Of a DNA stretch of 64,000 nucleotides, positions 9,890 through 19,829 are shown one piece after another. A program made the translations under genes and the position numbers. The notes under the pieces were generated by a model that was not told the origin of the DNA, did not search any database, and saw only the letters and a program-made list of their open reading frames with translations. The first letter of the stretch is position 1; the number at the start of each line of letters is the position of its first letter. The DNA comes from Schlesneria sp. (GTDB taxonomy: Bacteria; Planctomycetota; Planctomycetia; Planctomycetales; Planctomycetaceae), in assembly GCA_028291515.1 (NCBI GenBank), contig JAQGHU010000093.1, positions 16,486 to 80,485 of the forward strand, in the 5' to 3' direction.

Positions 9890-10594
9890 ATGAAATCCAC
9901 CGTCGAAGAAATCCGACAGCGGTTCGATGCGGATGTCGAGCGCTTTTCCAATCTCGAGACCGGCCAATCGGCGACGATCGACGCACCGCTTGCAATGGCG
10001 ATGGTCGCTGAAACGGCCGCTGTCGTGACGCCGCGTGCGACGGATCTGATTGATGTCGGCTGCGGGGCAGGGAACTACTCGCTGAAGGTGCTGCAGTCAG
10101 TTCCCAACTTGAACGTCACGCTGATCGACTTGAGCCAGAACATGCTCGACCGTGCGGCCGCTCGCGTGGGCGCTGCCACCAGTGGGTCGGTGAAGACGGT
10201 GCAGTCGGATATTCGCGAGATATCACTCGCTCCCCAATCGGCCGACATCATCGTCGCGGCGGCCGTGCTGCATCATCTACGTACAGACAACGAATGGCGA
10301 TCAATCTTCCGCCGTTTCTATGAAGCACTCCGCCCGGGGGGATCGATCTGGATCTTTGATCTCGTCGAACACAGCGTCCCTGAAGTTCAACGTCTGCAGT
10401 GGAAGATGTATGGTGACTACCTGTCGAACTTCAAGGACGATGCCTATCGCGATCACGTCTTCGCCTATGTGGAAAAGGAAGACACGCCGAAACCGTTAGT
10501 GTTTCAACTCGACCTGCTTCGTGAAGTGGGATTCCAGCAGGTTGATGTGTTGCACAAACATAGTTGCTTCGCCGCCTTTGGGGCCCTGAAGTAG
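9890..10594 (+). CDS. Class I SAM-dependent methyltransferase (CmoA-like)
   Basis: IDVGCGAG, IDLSQNML, LHHLR, LRPGG. Confidence 0.85.
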   Translation: MKSTVEEIRQRFDADVERFSNLETGQSATIDAPLAMAMVAETAAVVTPRATDLIDVGCGAGNYSLKVLQSVPNLNVTLIDLSQNMLDRAAARVGAATSGSVKTVQSDIREISLAPQSADIIVAAAVLHHLRTDNEWRSIFRRFYEALRPGGSIWIFDLVEHSVPEVQRLQWKMYGDYLSNFKDDAYRDHVFAYVEKEDTPKPLVFQLDLLREVGFQQVDVLHKHSCFAAFGALK

Positions 10595-10706
10595 CAGGTG
10601 ACACGGCAAAGGCTGCGGCAACCACTATCCCTCACGGGATTTCCAAACTTCTGTCGACTGTTATACTTCCGAGCAACAAACCTCAAACAACGCGGGAGTT
10701 TTCAAC

Positions 10707-11108
10707 GTGCTCGTTCAGATGGAATTGGCCCGGATCATCATCAGTGAAATCAACGAGCAATACGTGATCTTCCTGCGTGAAGTGGAAGGCGAGCGACTAT
10801 TTCCCATTGTGATTGGTTTATTTGAAGCCACGACAATTGATCGCCGCGTGAAAGGTGAAATCCCTCCGCGACCTCTCACTCATGATCTGATCCGGTCGAG
10901 CATCGAAGCTCTCGGGGGCGAGTTGCAGGATGTCGTCATTCACACGCTGGAAGACCACACCTATTTTGCGTCACTCCGCGTCAGCAAAGATGGTGAGTTG
11001 ATCGAAATCGATGCTCGTTCCAGCGATGCAGTCGCGATGGCTGTTCACTATTCCCCACACTTGCCAATCTACGTTTCGTCGGATGTGCTGGACGAAGCGG
11101 CAGGATGA
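10707..11108 (+). CDS. Bifunctional nuclease family protein (DUF151)
   Basis: FPIVIGLFEA, RPLTHDL, IDARSSDAVAMA. Confidence 0.9.
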   Translation: MLVQMELARIIISEINEQYVIFLREVEGERLFPIVIGLFEATTIDRRVKGEIPPRPLTHDLIRSSIEALGGELQDVVIHTLEDHTYFASLRVSKDGELIEIDARSSDAVAMAVHYSPHLPIYVSSDVLDEAAG

Positions 11109-11217
11109 TCTCGCAACCCCCAACACCATTGGCTGGAGGTCCGTTTGAGATCAATCGGCTTCAGACCTGTTCATCAGAGATTCGATCTTCAGTCGAAGGT
11201 GTGATTGAAACAGCGAA

Positions 11218-11706
11218 CTATCGCGGCACGCTCAAGAACTGCACCGAGTCTGCTTCAAGATCGACGATGGCAACAGAGAATTCACCGGCGCGATGAAGTG
11301 CGCCAGGATTGATCCGTCGGATGGCGCCAACCTGCGCATCATTGCGTTCGTGTGAGTGTCCGCTGAAGAGATAGTCAGGCTGTAAAGCGATGACACGCCG
11401 CAGGTCTGTCGTCAGATGGCCATGAACCAACCCCAGACGCTTGCCGCTCATTTCAACGATATCACCCCAGCCTAGACAGGTGACGCCAAAATCAGCGGCG
11501 GCCTTCTGCAATGCAGGAACGTCGTCAGCATCATGATTGCCGAAAGTGAAATAGCACGGACGGCAGGAGCAAGCTTCCACGATCGGCGGAGTGGCGAGAT
11601 CCCCGCAATGGAAGAGTACCTCGGCACCGCCATCACACAGTATCTGAACGGCAACTCGTGTTCGCTCAAGCTTGTCGTGAGTGTCGGAGAGAATGCCGAT
11701 CCGCAT
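11218..11706 (-). CDS. YfcE-type metallophosphoesterase
   Basis: ILSDTH, HCGD, GNHD, VHGH, SGHSH, INPG. Confidence 0.9.
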   Translation of the reverse strand: MRIGILSDTHDKLERTRVAVQILCDGGAEVLFHCGDLATPPIVEACSCRPCYFTFGNHDADDVPALQKAAADFGVTCLGWGDIVEMSGKRLGLVHGHLTTDLRRVIALQPDYLFSGHSHERNDAQVGAIRRINPGALHRAGEFSVAIVDLEADSVQFLSVPR

Positions 11707-11793
11707 TTGAATCCTCGTCTCTGCACGACAATATCACTTCGGCGAAGTCAGGAGGATCACTCCTGACTTCTTTTGCCGACTCAGATGCCGACG

Positions 11794-12576
11794 CTACTTA
11801 CCCAACTTTTCCTTGAACAGTTTCTTCATCGCATCCCAACTCTTTTCGTCAGCTTCTTTGTTGTACTTCATCCCGTCGATGCCGTGACTGTCGGCCTCGG
11901 GGACAGTGAAGCTATGAACGGCACCGGGGTAATTGACGAACTCATATTTCGTGCCACTCTTGTCGAGCGATTCCTTAAACGATTTGATCGATGCCTCGGG
12001 GATGAACTTATCGTCAGCACCGTTGCAGATCAGGAGTTCGGCCTTGGAGGCCTTGGCCTGCTCCGGTGTTGGCTGTACCAGGCCGCCGTGGAAACTGGCA
12101 ATCGCCTTCAGGTCAGCTCCAGAAAACGCCAGCAGTTGGCAAGTTGAGCCGCCGAAGCAATAGCCGATCGCGGCCAGCTTGGATTTATCGCATTGAGGTT
12201 GCGATTTGAGCACGTCCAGAGCAGCCATGCCGCGTTTGCGCCATTCATCGACATTCTTGCGAACGTTGCCGGCCATTTCTTTCGCATCCATCGGATGAGT
12301 CGTCGACTTCCCTTCGCCGTACATATCGGCGGCAAACGCGACATAGCCCAGCTTGGCAAGCATCTCGGCACGATGCTTCGCATAAGCGTCCAGCCCCCAC
12401 CACTCGTGAACGACCAATACTCCGGGCCTGGCCCCTTCGACGGCATCATCCCAGAACAAGACGCCACGGCATTCCAGATCGCCCACTTTGTAGTTGATCT
12501 GCTTCGTCTGAACAGCGGCCTGCGCAGATGCTGCCGCAACCAACATCACACTTCCGAACACCAACGATCGCCACAT
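11794..12576 (-). CDS. Dienelactone hydrolase family protein, secreted
   Basis: Signal peptide; VHEWWGL, GYCFGG, GADDKFI, YPGAVHSF. Confidence 0.9.
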   Translation of the reverse strand: MWRSLVFGSVMLVAAASAQAAVQTKQINYKVGDLECRGVLFWDDAVEGARPGVLVVHEWWGLDAYAKHRAEMLAKLGYVAFAADMYGEGKSTTHPMDAKEMAGNVRKNVDEWRKRGMAALDVLKSQPQCDKSKLAAIGYCFGGSTCQLLAFSGADLKAIASFHGGLVQPTPEQAKASKAELLICNGADDKFIPEASIKSFKESLDKSGTKYEFVNYPGAVHSFTVPEADSHGIDGMKYNKEADEKSWDAMKKLFKEKLGK

Positions 12577-12773
12577 GAAGTCACCTCCTGAAAGTTCAAG
12601 CCCGCAATGAATGCTCGTTCAAGATCGTAGCCATCAACCAGAGAGTTGCAATCGCAATGCATTCCCCGAGACCGCATCCTGTCGACAAGACGAGAACACA
12701 CAGACGGTGTACACTTGGCGAACAACTACAATTACCATTAGACCTCGCCGATGTGACCTCTCGGGATTGATTA

Positions 12774-14432
12774 ATGTCGTCACCTTATCTTGAACTTGTC
12801 GCCTCGTTGCGACAGGCGTTTCCCCAGCCCGTTTCAGATCGGGTCCACGATGCGTATTTTGTAATTGCGTTCATGCGAGCGCTCGATCAACTCGATTCGA
12901 TGAAATCGGCCTCGCCGCTGCTCGGGCAACCGGTGACCCTCGATTACGATTCTGCAAAGTTGGCAACGGTTGAAAAGGAGCCTCAGTCGCTTGAGCAAGT
13001 GACGCAGATGCTAGTCCAACAGTTGTCGGGACTATTCATCTGGGGTCATCCGCGTGCTCAGATTAATGTGGTGCCGCCGCCCACAATCGCAAGCGTGATC
13101 GGTGGTTTGCTCCCGTCGATCTATAATCCGAATCTCGTCAGCGAAGAGTCATCGAAGCAGGTGGCTGTTGCCGAAGTCGAAGTTTCATCGATGACGGCGG
13201 CACTGATTGGCTACGATCCCGCAAAGTCCGCCGGCCTATTCACCTTTGGTGGAACAGCAACCGTGCTGTATGGCGTCAAACTGGGACTAGAAAAGGCTTG
13301 TCCGGGTAGTGGCCGAAGCGGCTTGCGAGAACGAGCCGTGATCCTCTGCTCGGAGCGAGCTCACTATGCGTGCCTGACCGTAGCCAACTGGTTGGGCTTC
13401 GGACAGGACAATGTGATTCAGGTGCCGTGTTCTGCCGAAAACGAAATGCAGACGTGCTTGCTGGAAACGATGGCGCGCGACGTGTTGAAAAGTGGTGCCA
13501 AGATTGCCGCGATTGTGGCGACGATGGGAACGACCGATCACTTCGGGCTTGACGATCTGGCATCGATTCACGAGATCCGCGATCGACTGGTCGATGAATT
13601 CAAACTGGACTACACGCCACACATCCATGCCGACGCCGTGATTGGCTGGGCGTGGGCCGTCTTCAACGACTACGATTTCCAAAAGAATCCGCTCGATTTC
13701 CGTCACCGAACCGTTCGCGCGCTCGCAGGTGCCAAGCGGCGAATCCAGAAGCTTCCACTCGCAGATTCTCTCGGAATCGATTTTCACAAGACCGGCTTCT
13801 GTCCCTACGTCTCCACACTGTTTCTGGTGAAGGACGCGACGGATCTGGAAATGATTTCGAGGCAGCAGTCCGATACGCCGTACCTGTTCCACGACGGCCA
13901 CTATCATCCAGGCCGCTACACGCTGGAAACGTCGCGCAGCGGCAGTGGCCCTCTCGCCGCGCTGGCGAATTTGCGTTTGTTCGGCAAAGACGGATTGAGG
14001 TCTCTGTTGGGACATATCGTGGCGATGGCCGAAGAATTACGCGAGCATCTTGAAGGTCATGCCGCGACGACCGTCTGCAATCGCGGTAACTTTGGACCTG
14101 TCACTCTGTTCCGCGTCTATCCCGATGGAATCGATACGTTCGGCATCCTGGATCACGAATTGAAAGAAGCGAAGTATCGCGAAAAGCTGCTGGCTCACAA
14201 CGAGTACAATCGCCGGATCTTCCATCTGGTTCAAGCGGAAGCGGTCAAGGGAAATGGCGTCGTGATCTCGTTGACCGACTGTTATCGCGAAACCGATTAC
14301 GGCGAACCGATGGTGGCCCTCAAAAGCTATATCCTCAGCCCATTTGCTGAAGAGAAGTATGTGGACGCCGTTCTAGAATCGCTTTGGAAAGCCCGAGCAA
14401 TCATTGCACAAGAGGATGCAGCAACTCGGTAG
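12774..14432 (+). CDS. Group II PLP-dependent decarboxylase
   Basis: FTFGGT, ATMGTT, HIHADAVIG, DSLGIDFHK (PLP lysine), TLETSRSG. Confidence 0.85.
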   Translation: MSSPYLELVASLRQAFPQPVSDRVHDAYFVIAFMRALDQLDSMKSASPLLGQPVTLDYDSAKLATVEKEPQSLEQVTQMLVQQLSGLFIWGHPRAQINVVPPPTIASVIGGLLPSIYNPNLVSEESSKQVAVAEVEVSSMTAALIGYDPAKSAGLFTFGGTATVLYGVKLGLEKACPGSGRSGLRERAVILCSERAHYACLTVANWLGFGQDNVIQVPCSAENEMQTCLLETMARDVLKSGAKIAAIVATMGTTDHFGLDDLASIHEIRDRLVDEFKLDYTPHIHADAVIGWAWAVFNDYDFQKNPLDFRHRTVRALAGAKRRIQKLPLADSLGIDFHKTGFCPYVSTLFLVKDATDLEMISRQQSDTPYLFHDGHYHPGRYTLETSRSGSGPLAALANLRLFGKDGLRSLLGHIVAMAEELREHLEGHAATTVCNRGNFGPVTLFRVYPDGIDTFGILDHELKEAKYREKLLAHNEYNRRIFHLVQAEAVKGNGVVISLTDCYRETDYGEPMVALKSYILSPFAEEKYVDAVLESLWKARAIIAQEDAATR

Positions 14433-14453
14433 TCGCATGCACAGTTGCAGCAC

Positions 14454-14789
14454 TCACGCGATCGAATCACAGATATCGAACAGCGATCCCCGTTGAATCG
14501 TTTCGAGCGTCCTTCGAGCCGAGTCTGATGGGTTGTGGAGTTCGATTCGATCAACAAGTTTACGAATCGGGACCAACACTCCGAGTAACCCCGCCGGTGC
14601 CAGCATGACGCCGCTGAGATCGACAGCCAGCACTTTGCATTGATGCTTATTCACCAACTTCGTGAGCACGTCGCGGTAGGGAGCGAAATCAATTCGGGTC
14701 TCGACGCGCCGCCCACCGAATCCGACCACGGTCACTGGCCCCGCATGATAGATCTCAAGTTTACCTTCGCCGCGTTGCTGATCGCTCAT
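14454..14789 (-). CDS. STAS-domain (anti-sigma-factor antagonist-like) protein
   Basis: VTVVGF, LAVDLSGV, GLLGVL, IELHNPS; the upstream part of the listed ORF looks spurious, so start set at ATG 14789. Confidence 0.6.
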   Translation of the reverse strand: MSDQQRGEGKLEIYHAGPVTVVGFGGRRVETRIDFAPYRDVLTKLVNKHQCKVLAVDLSGVMLAPAGLLGVLVPIRKLVDRIELHNPSDSARRTLETIQRGSLFDICDSIA

Positions 14790-14931
14790 TGAATCCTGTT
14801 CCAAAAACAACTGTGACACTGAATGGGCGATAGCATCCAGAATCTTGTCATTTTCAGAGGAAGGCCTTGCGAGTTTTTCGAGAACCAACTCAATCGAAAT
14901 CACTGTTGTGACGGTCATTTCGACAATGAAA

Positions 14932-15554
14932 TCAGGATTGCTTGATCTGCTGGAACGCTTTAAGCGCTGCCGCGCGGGCTTCACTGTGATCGACGATCGG
15001 ATTGGGATAAGACTTCCCCAGTATGACACCCGCCTTCGCCAGGACATCTTCAGGAGCTGTCCAAGGAGCATGGAGCCATTTCGTGGGCAACTCTTTCAAT
15101 TCTGGGACCCACTGTCGCAGATAGTCACCTGCGGCATCAAACTTCTCCGACTGCAACACGGGATTGAAGACCCGAAAATACGGTGCGGCGTCAGCACCGC
15201 AGCCGGCGCCCCACTGCCACCCAAGCGTGTTGTTCGCGAGATCCGCATCGACGAGGGTATCCCAGAGACCGCTGCCGCTTTCGTCTCTTTTGCGAGTTCC
15301 AGCAATACACTCAGACTGTTGCCGGTCCGCAGGATCAGTTTTGAATGATGCTTATGCAACAACTTGTCCAACATGCCGAGTGATTGATGCAGCCACCAAT
15401 CACTGGCTTCTCCGGGGCGCCATGGTCCTTCTTCATCTGTGGCCCGTATGAAAACAGGAATGACGGGACCACCTGCGGCCGTCGCAGCGAGCAAAGCCGG
15501 GTTGTCCTCAAGGCGCAGATCTTGCCGAAACCAGACAATACTTGGTGAAGTCAT
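14932..15554 (-). pseudogene. phr: DNA photolyase/cryptochrome with a large internal deletion and frameshift
   Basis: N-terminal WFRQDLRLEDNPAL frame joins out of frame near 15266 to a frame reading [36 protein letters not shown]; ~206 codons in total. Confidence 0.85.
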
Positions 15555-15740
15555 TCTAAAGCTCATTCAGCGCCAACTCACCCACATATCGATGTCGTTA
15601 GACGCAAATGATCATATCAGAGAGGTTTGTGCGCAGCGCAACCGGGTGAGTTGATCTTGACCTTGACGCGAGAATCCAGATACATCCTGCGGAGCTCAGA
15701 CATTCAACTGTGTGAAGGTCTGGCTTGCGCAGGAGAGATC

Positions 15741-16547
15741 ATGGCGATTGTCAACGAACCGCAGAGTCGAAATCGAACCTCCAGTTCTTCGATTTCTGAA
15801 TCGACATCTCGACAGGCGCGGCCCGTTGAAATGGCCATGCCGGGCGTCCATTCCGGGGCACATCGCCTGTTGTCGCAGCTTCCGCGTGGAACGCTCGCCG
15901 ATTTGGGGGCAGGGCAGGGAGCCCTCAGCGTTTGGGCTCGAGATGCTGGCTTTCAGACGACCGCAGTCGATTTCAATGAAGGAAACTTCGTTGCCGATTC
16001 AATCAACTTCGTGCAGGCCGATCTCAACAAACCGCTGCCGATCAAAGACGACTCGTTCGACGTTGTCGCCGCACTCGAAGTCATCGAGCACCTGGAAAAC
16101 AGCTACGCATTATTGCGCGAGATCAGCAGAATTCTAAAGCCGGGCGGATACGCCGTCGTCTCGACTCCCAACGAGTCTTGTCTGGCCGCACGGCTGTCCT
16201 ATCTGACGAGTGGCTTCTATTCGGACGCCGCCTATGTCATGCGTGTTCCCGGCCCCGGCGACTTCTACAACCCACACGTCAATTGCCTGCCTTTGCCGAC
16301 ACTCGAATATGCGTGGCGTCGCGCGGGGCTGAAGATGGAGAAGTTCGAAGTCAGCCGCTATCGACCACTGGCCTGGATGTTGTGGCCACTACTAGCTCCG
16401 ATACAGTGGCTGAAACTCGCCTCGCGTCATCACAAGCAGAAGCACGCTGATCGGGACACCGAACAAGCAGTCTACCGACTCATGAATGACCCTCGCGTGC
16501 TGACCGGCCGCATTCTGGTCTTCTTGCTGCGCAAGCCATCCGCATGA
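15741..16547 (+). CDS. Class I SAM-dependent methyltransferase (type 11)
   Basis: DLGAGQG, FDVVAALEVIEHLEN, LKPGG..STPN; AGGAGAG before ATG 15741. Confidence 0.85.
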   Translation: MAIVNEPQSRNRTSSSSISESTSRQARPVEMAMPGVHSGAHRLLSQLPRGTLADLGAGQGALSVWARDAGFQTTAVDFNEGNFVADSINFVQADLNKPLPIKDDSFDVVAALEVIEHLENSYALLREISRILKPGGYAVVSTPNESCLAARLSYLTSGFYSDAAYVMRVPGPGDFYNPHVNCLPLPTLEYAWRRAGLKMEKFEVSRYRPLAWMLWPLLAPIQWLKLASRHHKQKHADRDTEQAVYRLMNDPRVLTGRILVFLLRKPSA

Positions 16548-16614
16548 ATTAAAGCAGGCAACAAGCCCAATTCTCCGAGCTATTGAATTGGCGAGAGAAC
16601 CAAGGTGTTCTCGA

Positions 16615-17436
16615 TCACTCGATATTCCTCGGGGGCTGATTTAGCAAACTCTCGATGTGATCGCCTGGTTTCAGCCCATTCGCCCCAGCGATCACGACCA
16701 GGTCTTCTTGACGAAGTCCTTCCTCAATGACTCGCATCTTACCGTCCAGCGCTCCTGTTCGCACTTTCCGCCGGTCCACGATATTGCCATCGCTGACCCA
16801 AAGGTAGGATTGGCCGTCCTCCAGATTGACTGCCTCCCCTGGAACTTCCAGCACGGAACGCGGCGGGCCAAAGTTCATTCGTACGCGAGCAAACATGCCC
16901 GGCAAAAGGAATTGGTCTGGATTCGGCAAGACGCCGTGGCCGCCGATCGTGCCAGTCTTCGTGTTGATCTCGTTATCAAAGTAATCCAATGTCCCCGCGC
17001 GGGGAAAGTCAATTTCGTCCGACAAACCCACAGACAGCACGTCGCCACGCTCTTTAACCTGCCCTGACCTCAGCATTCGCTGGTAGGACAAAAATGAACT
17101 TTCATCCATATCAAACAGGACCGCGATAGACATCTCCGGCAACGTTGCAGCGTGCGGATCACCAGGCTCAACGGCGACCAACCGGCCAATAAAATCCTGA
17201 AATGGGATGAAGTCGCGCCGCACAGGGTTGCTGATCGTGACCCGTGTCACGCTGGTCTCCGGAGTTTTGGGTTGGACATTGGCCGCCTGGCGCAGAGCCG
17301 ATTTCTCAGTATCAAGCACCTGCTGTGGCAGTGACTGGCCCTGCGAGCAGCCGAACAAGGTCACTAGAGCCACGCCGATTACCGCTACGATTCCTCGCAA
17401 CGACAACTTATGGGAAACGTGATTTGACAGGATCAT
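16615..17436 (-). CDS. RND membrane-fusion (periplasmic adaptor)-like lipoprotein lacking lipoyl/hairpin core
   Basis: Lipobox LFGC; FDMDE, GTLDYFDNEINTKTGTI, LLPGMFARV, VIEEGL; no RND pump gene nearby. Confidence 0.7.
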   Translation of the reverse strand: MILSNHVSHKLSLRGIVAVIGVALVTLFGCSQGQSLPQQVLDTEKSALRQAANVQPKTPETSVTRVTISNPVRRDFIPFQDFIGRLVAVEPGDPHAATLPEMSIAVLFDMDESSFLSYQRMLRSGQVKERGDVLSVGLSDEIDFPRAGTLDYFDNEINTKTGTIGGHGVLPNPDQFLLPGMFARVRMNFGPPRSVLEVPGEAVNLEDGQSYLWVSDGNIVDRRKVRTGALDGKMRVIEEGLRQEDLVVIAGANGLKPGDHIESLLNQPPRNIE

Positions 17437-17935
17437 AAACAGCCTCCGTTCAAGGGAAGAGAGGACCGCAGCACTGATGCCCATTGCCAGAACGGACTCT
17501 TGAACAAGCAAGACCTTGGCCACTCCAAGGTATTGGGAGAACGGCACAGCAATCCAGCATAGTGTCGGCAGCGATGAATTCAACAATTTTCTGGATCCTG
17601 CTGTATCCGGGACTTCTCACCCGCCATCAACGTCATTCGCGCGGTCTTCATCCGTTCTCCTGTCTGGCCATCCGTGCTACTCTTCAAAGGGTCCATGGCA
17701 CGGATGGTCCCGCTTTCCAAAGCGGGCTGGCGGGAAATCGAGTGGAGTCGATGTCGTTCGTTGATCCACCAGGATCCGTCATGAAGGCAACTGTTGTGGT
17801 GCCCGAATGGGACAACCGACAGTGAACCTTCGCTCTCCATTTGTGTCGCTATCATAGCGACGGCAGCACCGGGCTTGATGGTGGACCTCGGCCCGAAACA
17901 ATGGTGCGATTCGATTGAATAAAGGAAATGGATTG

Positions 17936-19174
17936 ATGGCGACTGTAGACGTAGCGGAAGTTGATGCGATCTCTGACCAGAATGTGACGCCGCATCAACA
18001 GAACTCTGTCCTTGCCGTCCTATTCGCACTCAGCCTGTCGCACATGTTGAATGACGTGATGCAGTCGCTGATACCCGCGGTTTATCCCATACTCAAAGAG
18101 CAGTATTCGCTATCGTACTGGGAAGTCGGACTGATCACTTTTACATTTCAATTAACGGCATCGCTGCTGCAACCGTTGGTTGGGATGGCGACAGATCGTC
18201 GACCGCAACCTTACTCACTTGCCATCGGCATGATTTTCACTTTCTGCGGTCTGATCCTGTTGGCGATGGCGAATAGCTTTCCGATGATCCTTGTCGCCGC
18301 GGCGATGGTTGGAATCGGATCATCGGTCTTTCATCCTGAGGCATCACGGATTGCCCGACTGGCATCAGGTGGAAAACATGGCTTTGCTCAGTCACTGTTC
18401 CAAGTCGGTGGGAACGCAGGGACCGCCGTCGGACCGTTGCTCGGCGCATTCGTCGTGGTTCCGTGGGGGCAGCCCAGCATTGCGTTATTCTCGGTCATCG
18501 CTTTGATAGCGATGGTCGTGCTGTATGCCGTCGGTCGCTGGTATCAGAATCATCTCGTCAGTCTGCGAGCAAAAGCGATTCGTGGACAGGCGGCCACTCA
18601 CAACCAGTTGCCAGCACTTCGGGTGGCAATTTCCATTGGCATCCTGCTGGTGCTGCTCTTCTCGAAATATTTCTACACGGTCAGCTTAAGCAACTACTAC
18701 ATCTTCTACTTGATCGACAAATTCAAAGTCTCACTTCCGGTCGCCCAAGTTTATCTCTCTATCTTTCTTGGAGCAGTAGCCGTCGGTACGCTCGCAGGCG
18801 GACCTGTCGGCGACAAGATTGGCTTCAAGAGAGTGATCTGGGGATCGATCCTCGGGGTTCTTCCGTTCACTCTCATCCTGCCCTACGCCAATCTGTTTTG
18901 GACGGTGTTGCTCACGGTCCCAATCGGCCTGATCCTGGCGTCGGCATTTTCCGCAATCATGGTGTACGCTCAGGAACTCGTCCCAAGTCGCGTCGGACTG
19001 ATTGCCGGACTATTTTTCGGGTTCGCATTTGGAATGGCCGGTGTCGCCGCCGCCGTCTTAGGCAAACTGGCGGATTGGACAAGCATCAGCTTCGTTTACC
19101 AAGTCTGTTCGTTCCTACCGGCAATTGGCCTGCTGGCAGGATTTCTGCCGGACTTGGATAAGGCGAAGCGCTGA
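17936..19174 (+). CDS. MFS transporter, Fsr (fosmidomycin resistance)-like
   Basis: SHMLNDVMQSLIPA, SLLQPLVG, FHPEASR, QSLFQVGGNAG; about 12 hydrophobic segments. Confidence 0.88.
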   Translation: MATVDVAEVDAISDQNVTPHQQNSVLAVLFALSLSHMLNDVMQSLIPAVYPILKEQYSLSYWEVGLITFTFQLTASLLQPLVGMATDRRPQPYSLAIGMIFTFCGLILLAMANSFPMILVAAAMVGIGSSVFHPEASRIARLASGGKHGFAQSLFQVGGNAGTAVGPLLGAFVVVPWGQPSIALFSVIALIAMVVLYAVGRWYQNHLVSLRAKAIRGQAATHNQLPALRVAISIGILLVLLFSKYFYTVSLSNYYIFYLIDKFKVSLPVAQVYLSIFLGAVAVGTLAGGPVGDKIGFKRVIWGSILGVLPFTLILPYANLFWTVLLTVPIGLILASAFSAIMVYAQELVPSRVGLIAGLFFGFAFGMAGVAAAVLGKLADWTSISFVYQVCSFLPAIGLLAGFLPDLDKAKR

Positions 19175-19188
19175 ACTCATGGGCGAAC

Positions 19189-19476
19189 TCAGCCAAACTG
19201 CTGCCGTACATCTTGAGCACCATGCAGCACCCGGACTATTGTTACTTCATCACCCTTGACCAGATAGTAAATGACATAGGGGCGAAGCGGAAAACTGCGC
19301 AGGTTACGCCGCAATTCAGGGCAAGCTTCGCCGATCAGTGGCTGCCGGGCAAGCATTTCAAATCGCTCGACCAACTCGAGAACCAGCTTATCTGCTGCCG
19401 CTAAATTGTCGGCTCCAATATATGACCAGATGCTATCGAGATCGAGTCGCGCAGGACTCGTCAGGTGCCAAGCCAT
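19189..19476 (-). CDS. parE: ParE/RelE family toxin
   Basis: ARLDLDSIWSYI, P.IG...PEL, YVIYY, IVRVLHGAQD. Confidence 0.88.
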   Translation of the reverse strand: MAWHLTSPARLDLDSIWSYIGADNLAAADKLVLELVERFEMLARQPLIGEACPELRRNLRSFPLRPYVIYYLVKGDEVTIVRVLHGAQDVRQQFG

Positions 19477-19757
19477 CAGGCATTTCCTTGAGTCATCTGT
19501 AGCCTTGCTCGGCCTTGCCGTTGGATGTCGTCAAGCAGTCGTTGGCGATCCTCGTCGGTACTAATTTCAGTGAGTTCGCCTCGATCAATGGCATCGATTC
19601 CGATTTGAATTTCACGTCGCAACGATGACAATTCAATTTCTCGTTCACGAAGAAGCCGTACAGCTTCAGAAATCGCTTCGTCAGCCGACGCGTACTTCCC
19701 ACTAGCTACTTCATCACGGATGAAGGCTTCCAATTCGGGAGGGATTACTGCAAGCAT
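19476..19757 (-). CDS. ParD-like (RHH) antitoxin
   Basis: SGKYASADEAISEAVRLL, EIQIGIDAIDRGE; coupled to the toxin gene. Confidence 0.85.
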   Translation of the reverse strand: MLAVIPPELEAFIRDEVASGKYASADEAISEAVRLLREREIELSSLRREIQIGIDAIDRGELTEISTDEDRQRLLDDIQRQGRARLQMTQGNA

Positions 19758-19829
19758 TTTTACTCTCCAATTAGTGCCGGAATGAGTATATCAAAGATTG
19801 CGGTGGGCGGCCAAAAGCGATTTCGAACC

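Noticed and set aside
14790-15071. Long N-terminal extension of the STAS protein
   Set aside because: It overlaps the photolyase 3' end in another frame and has no domain features
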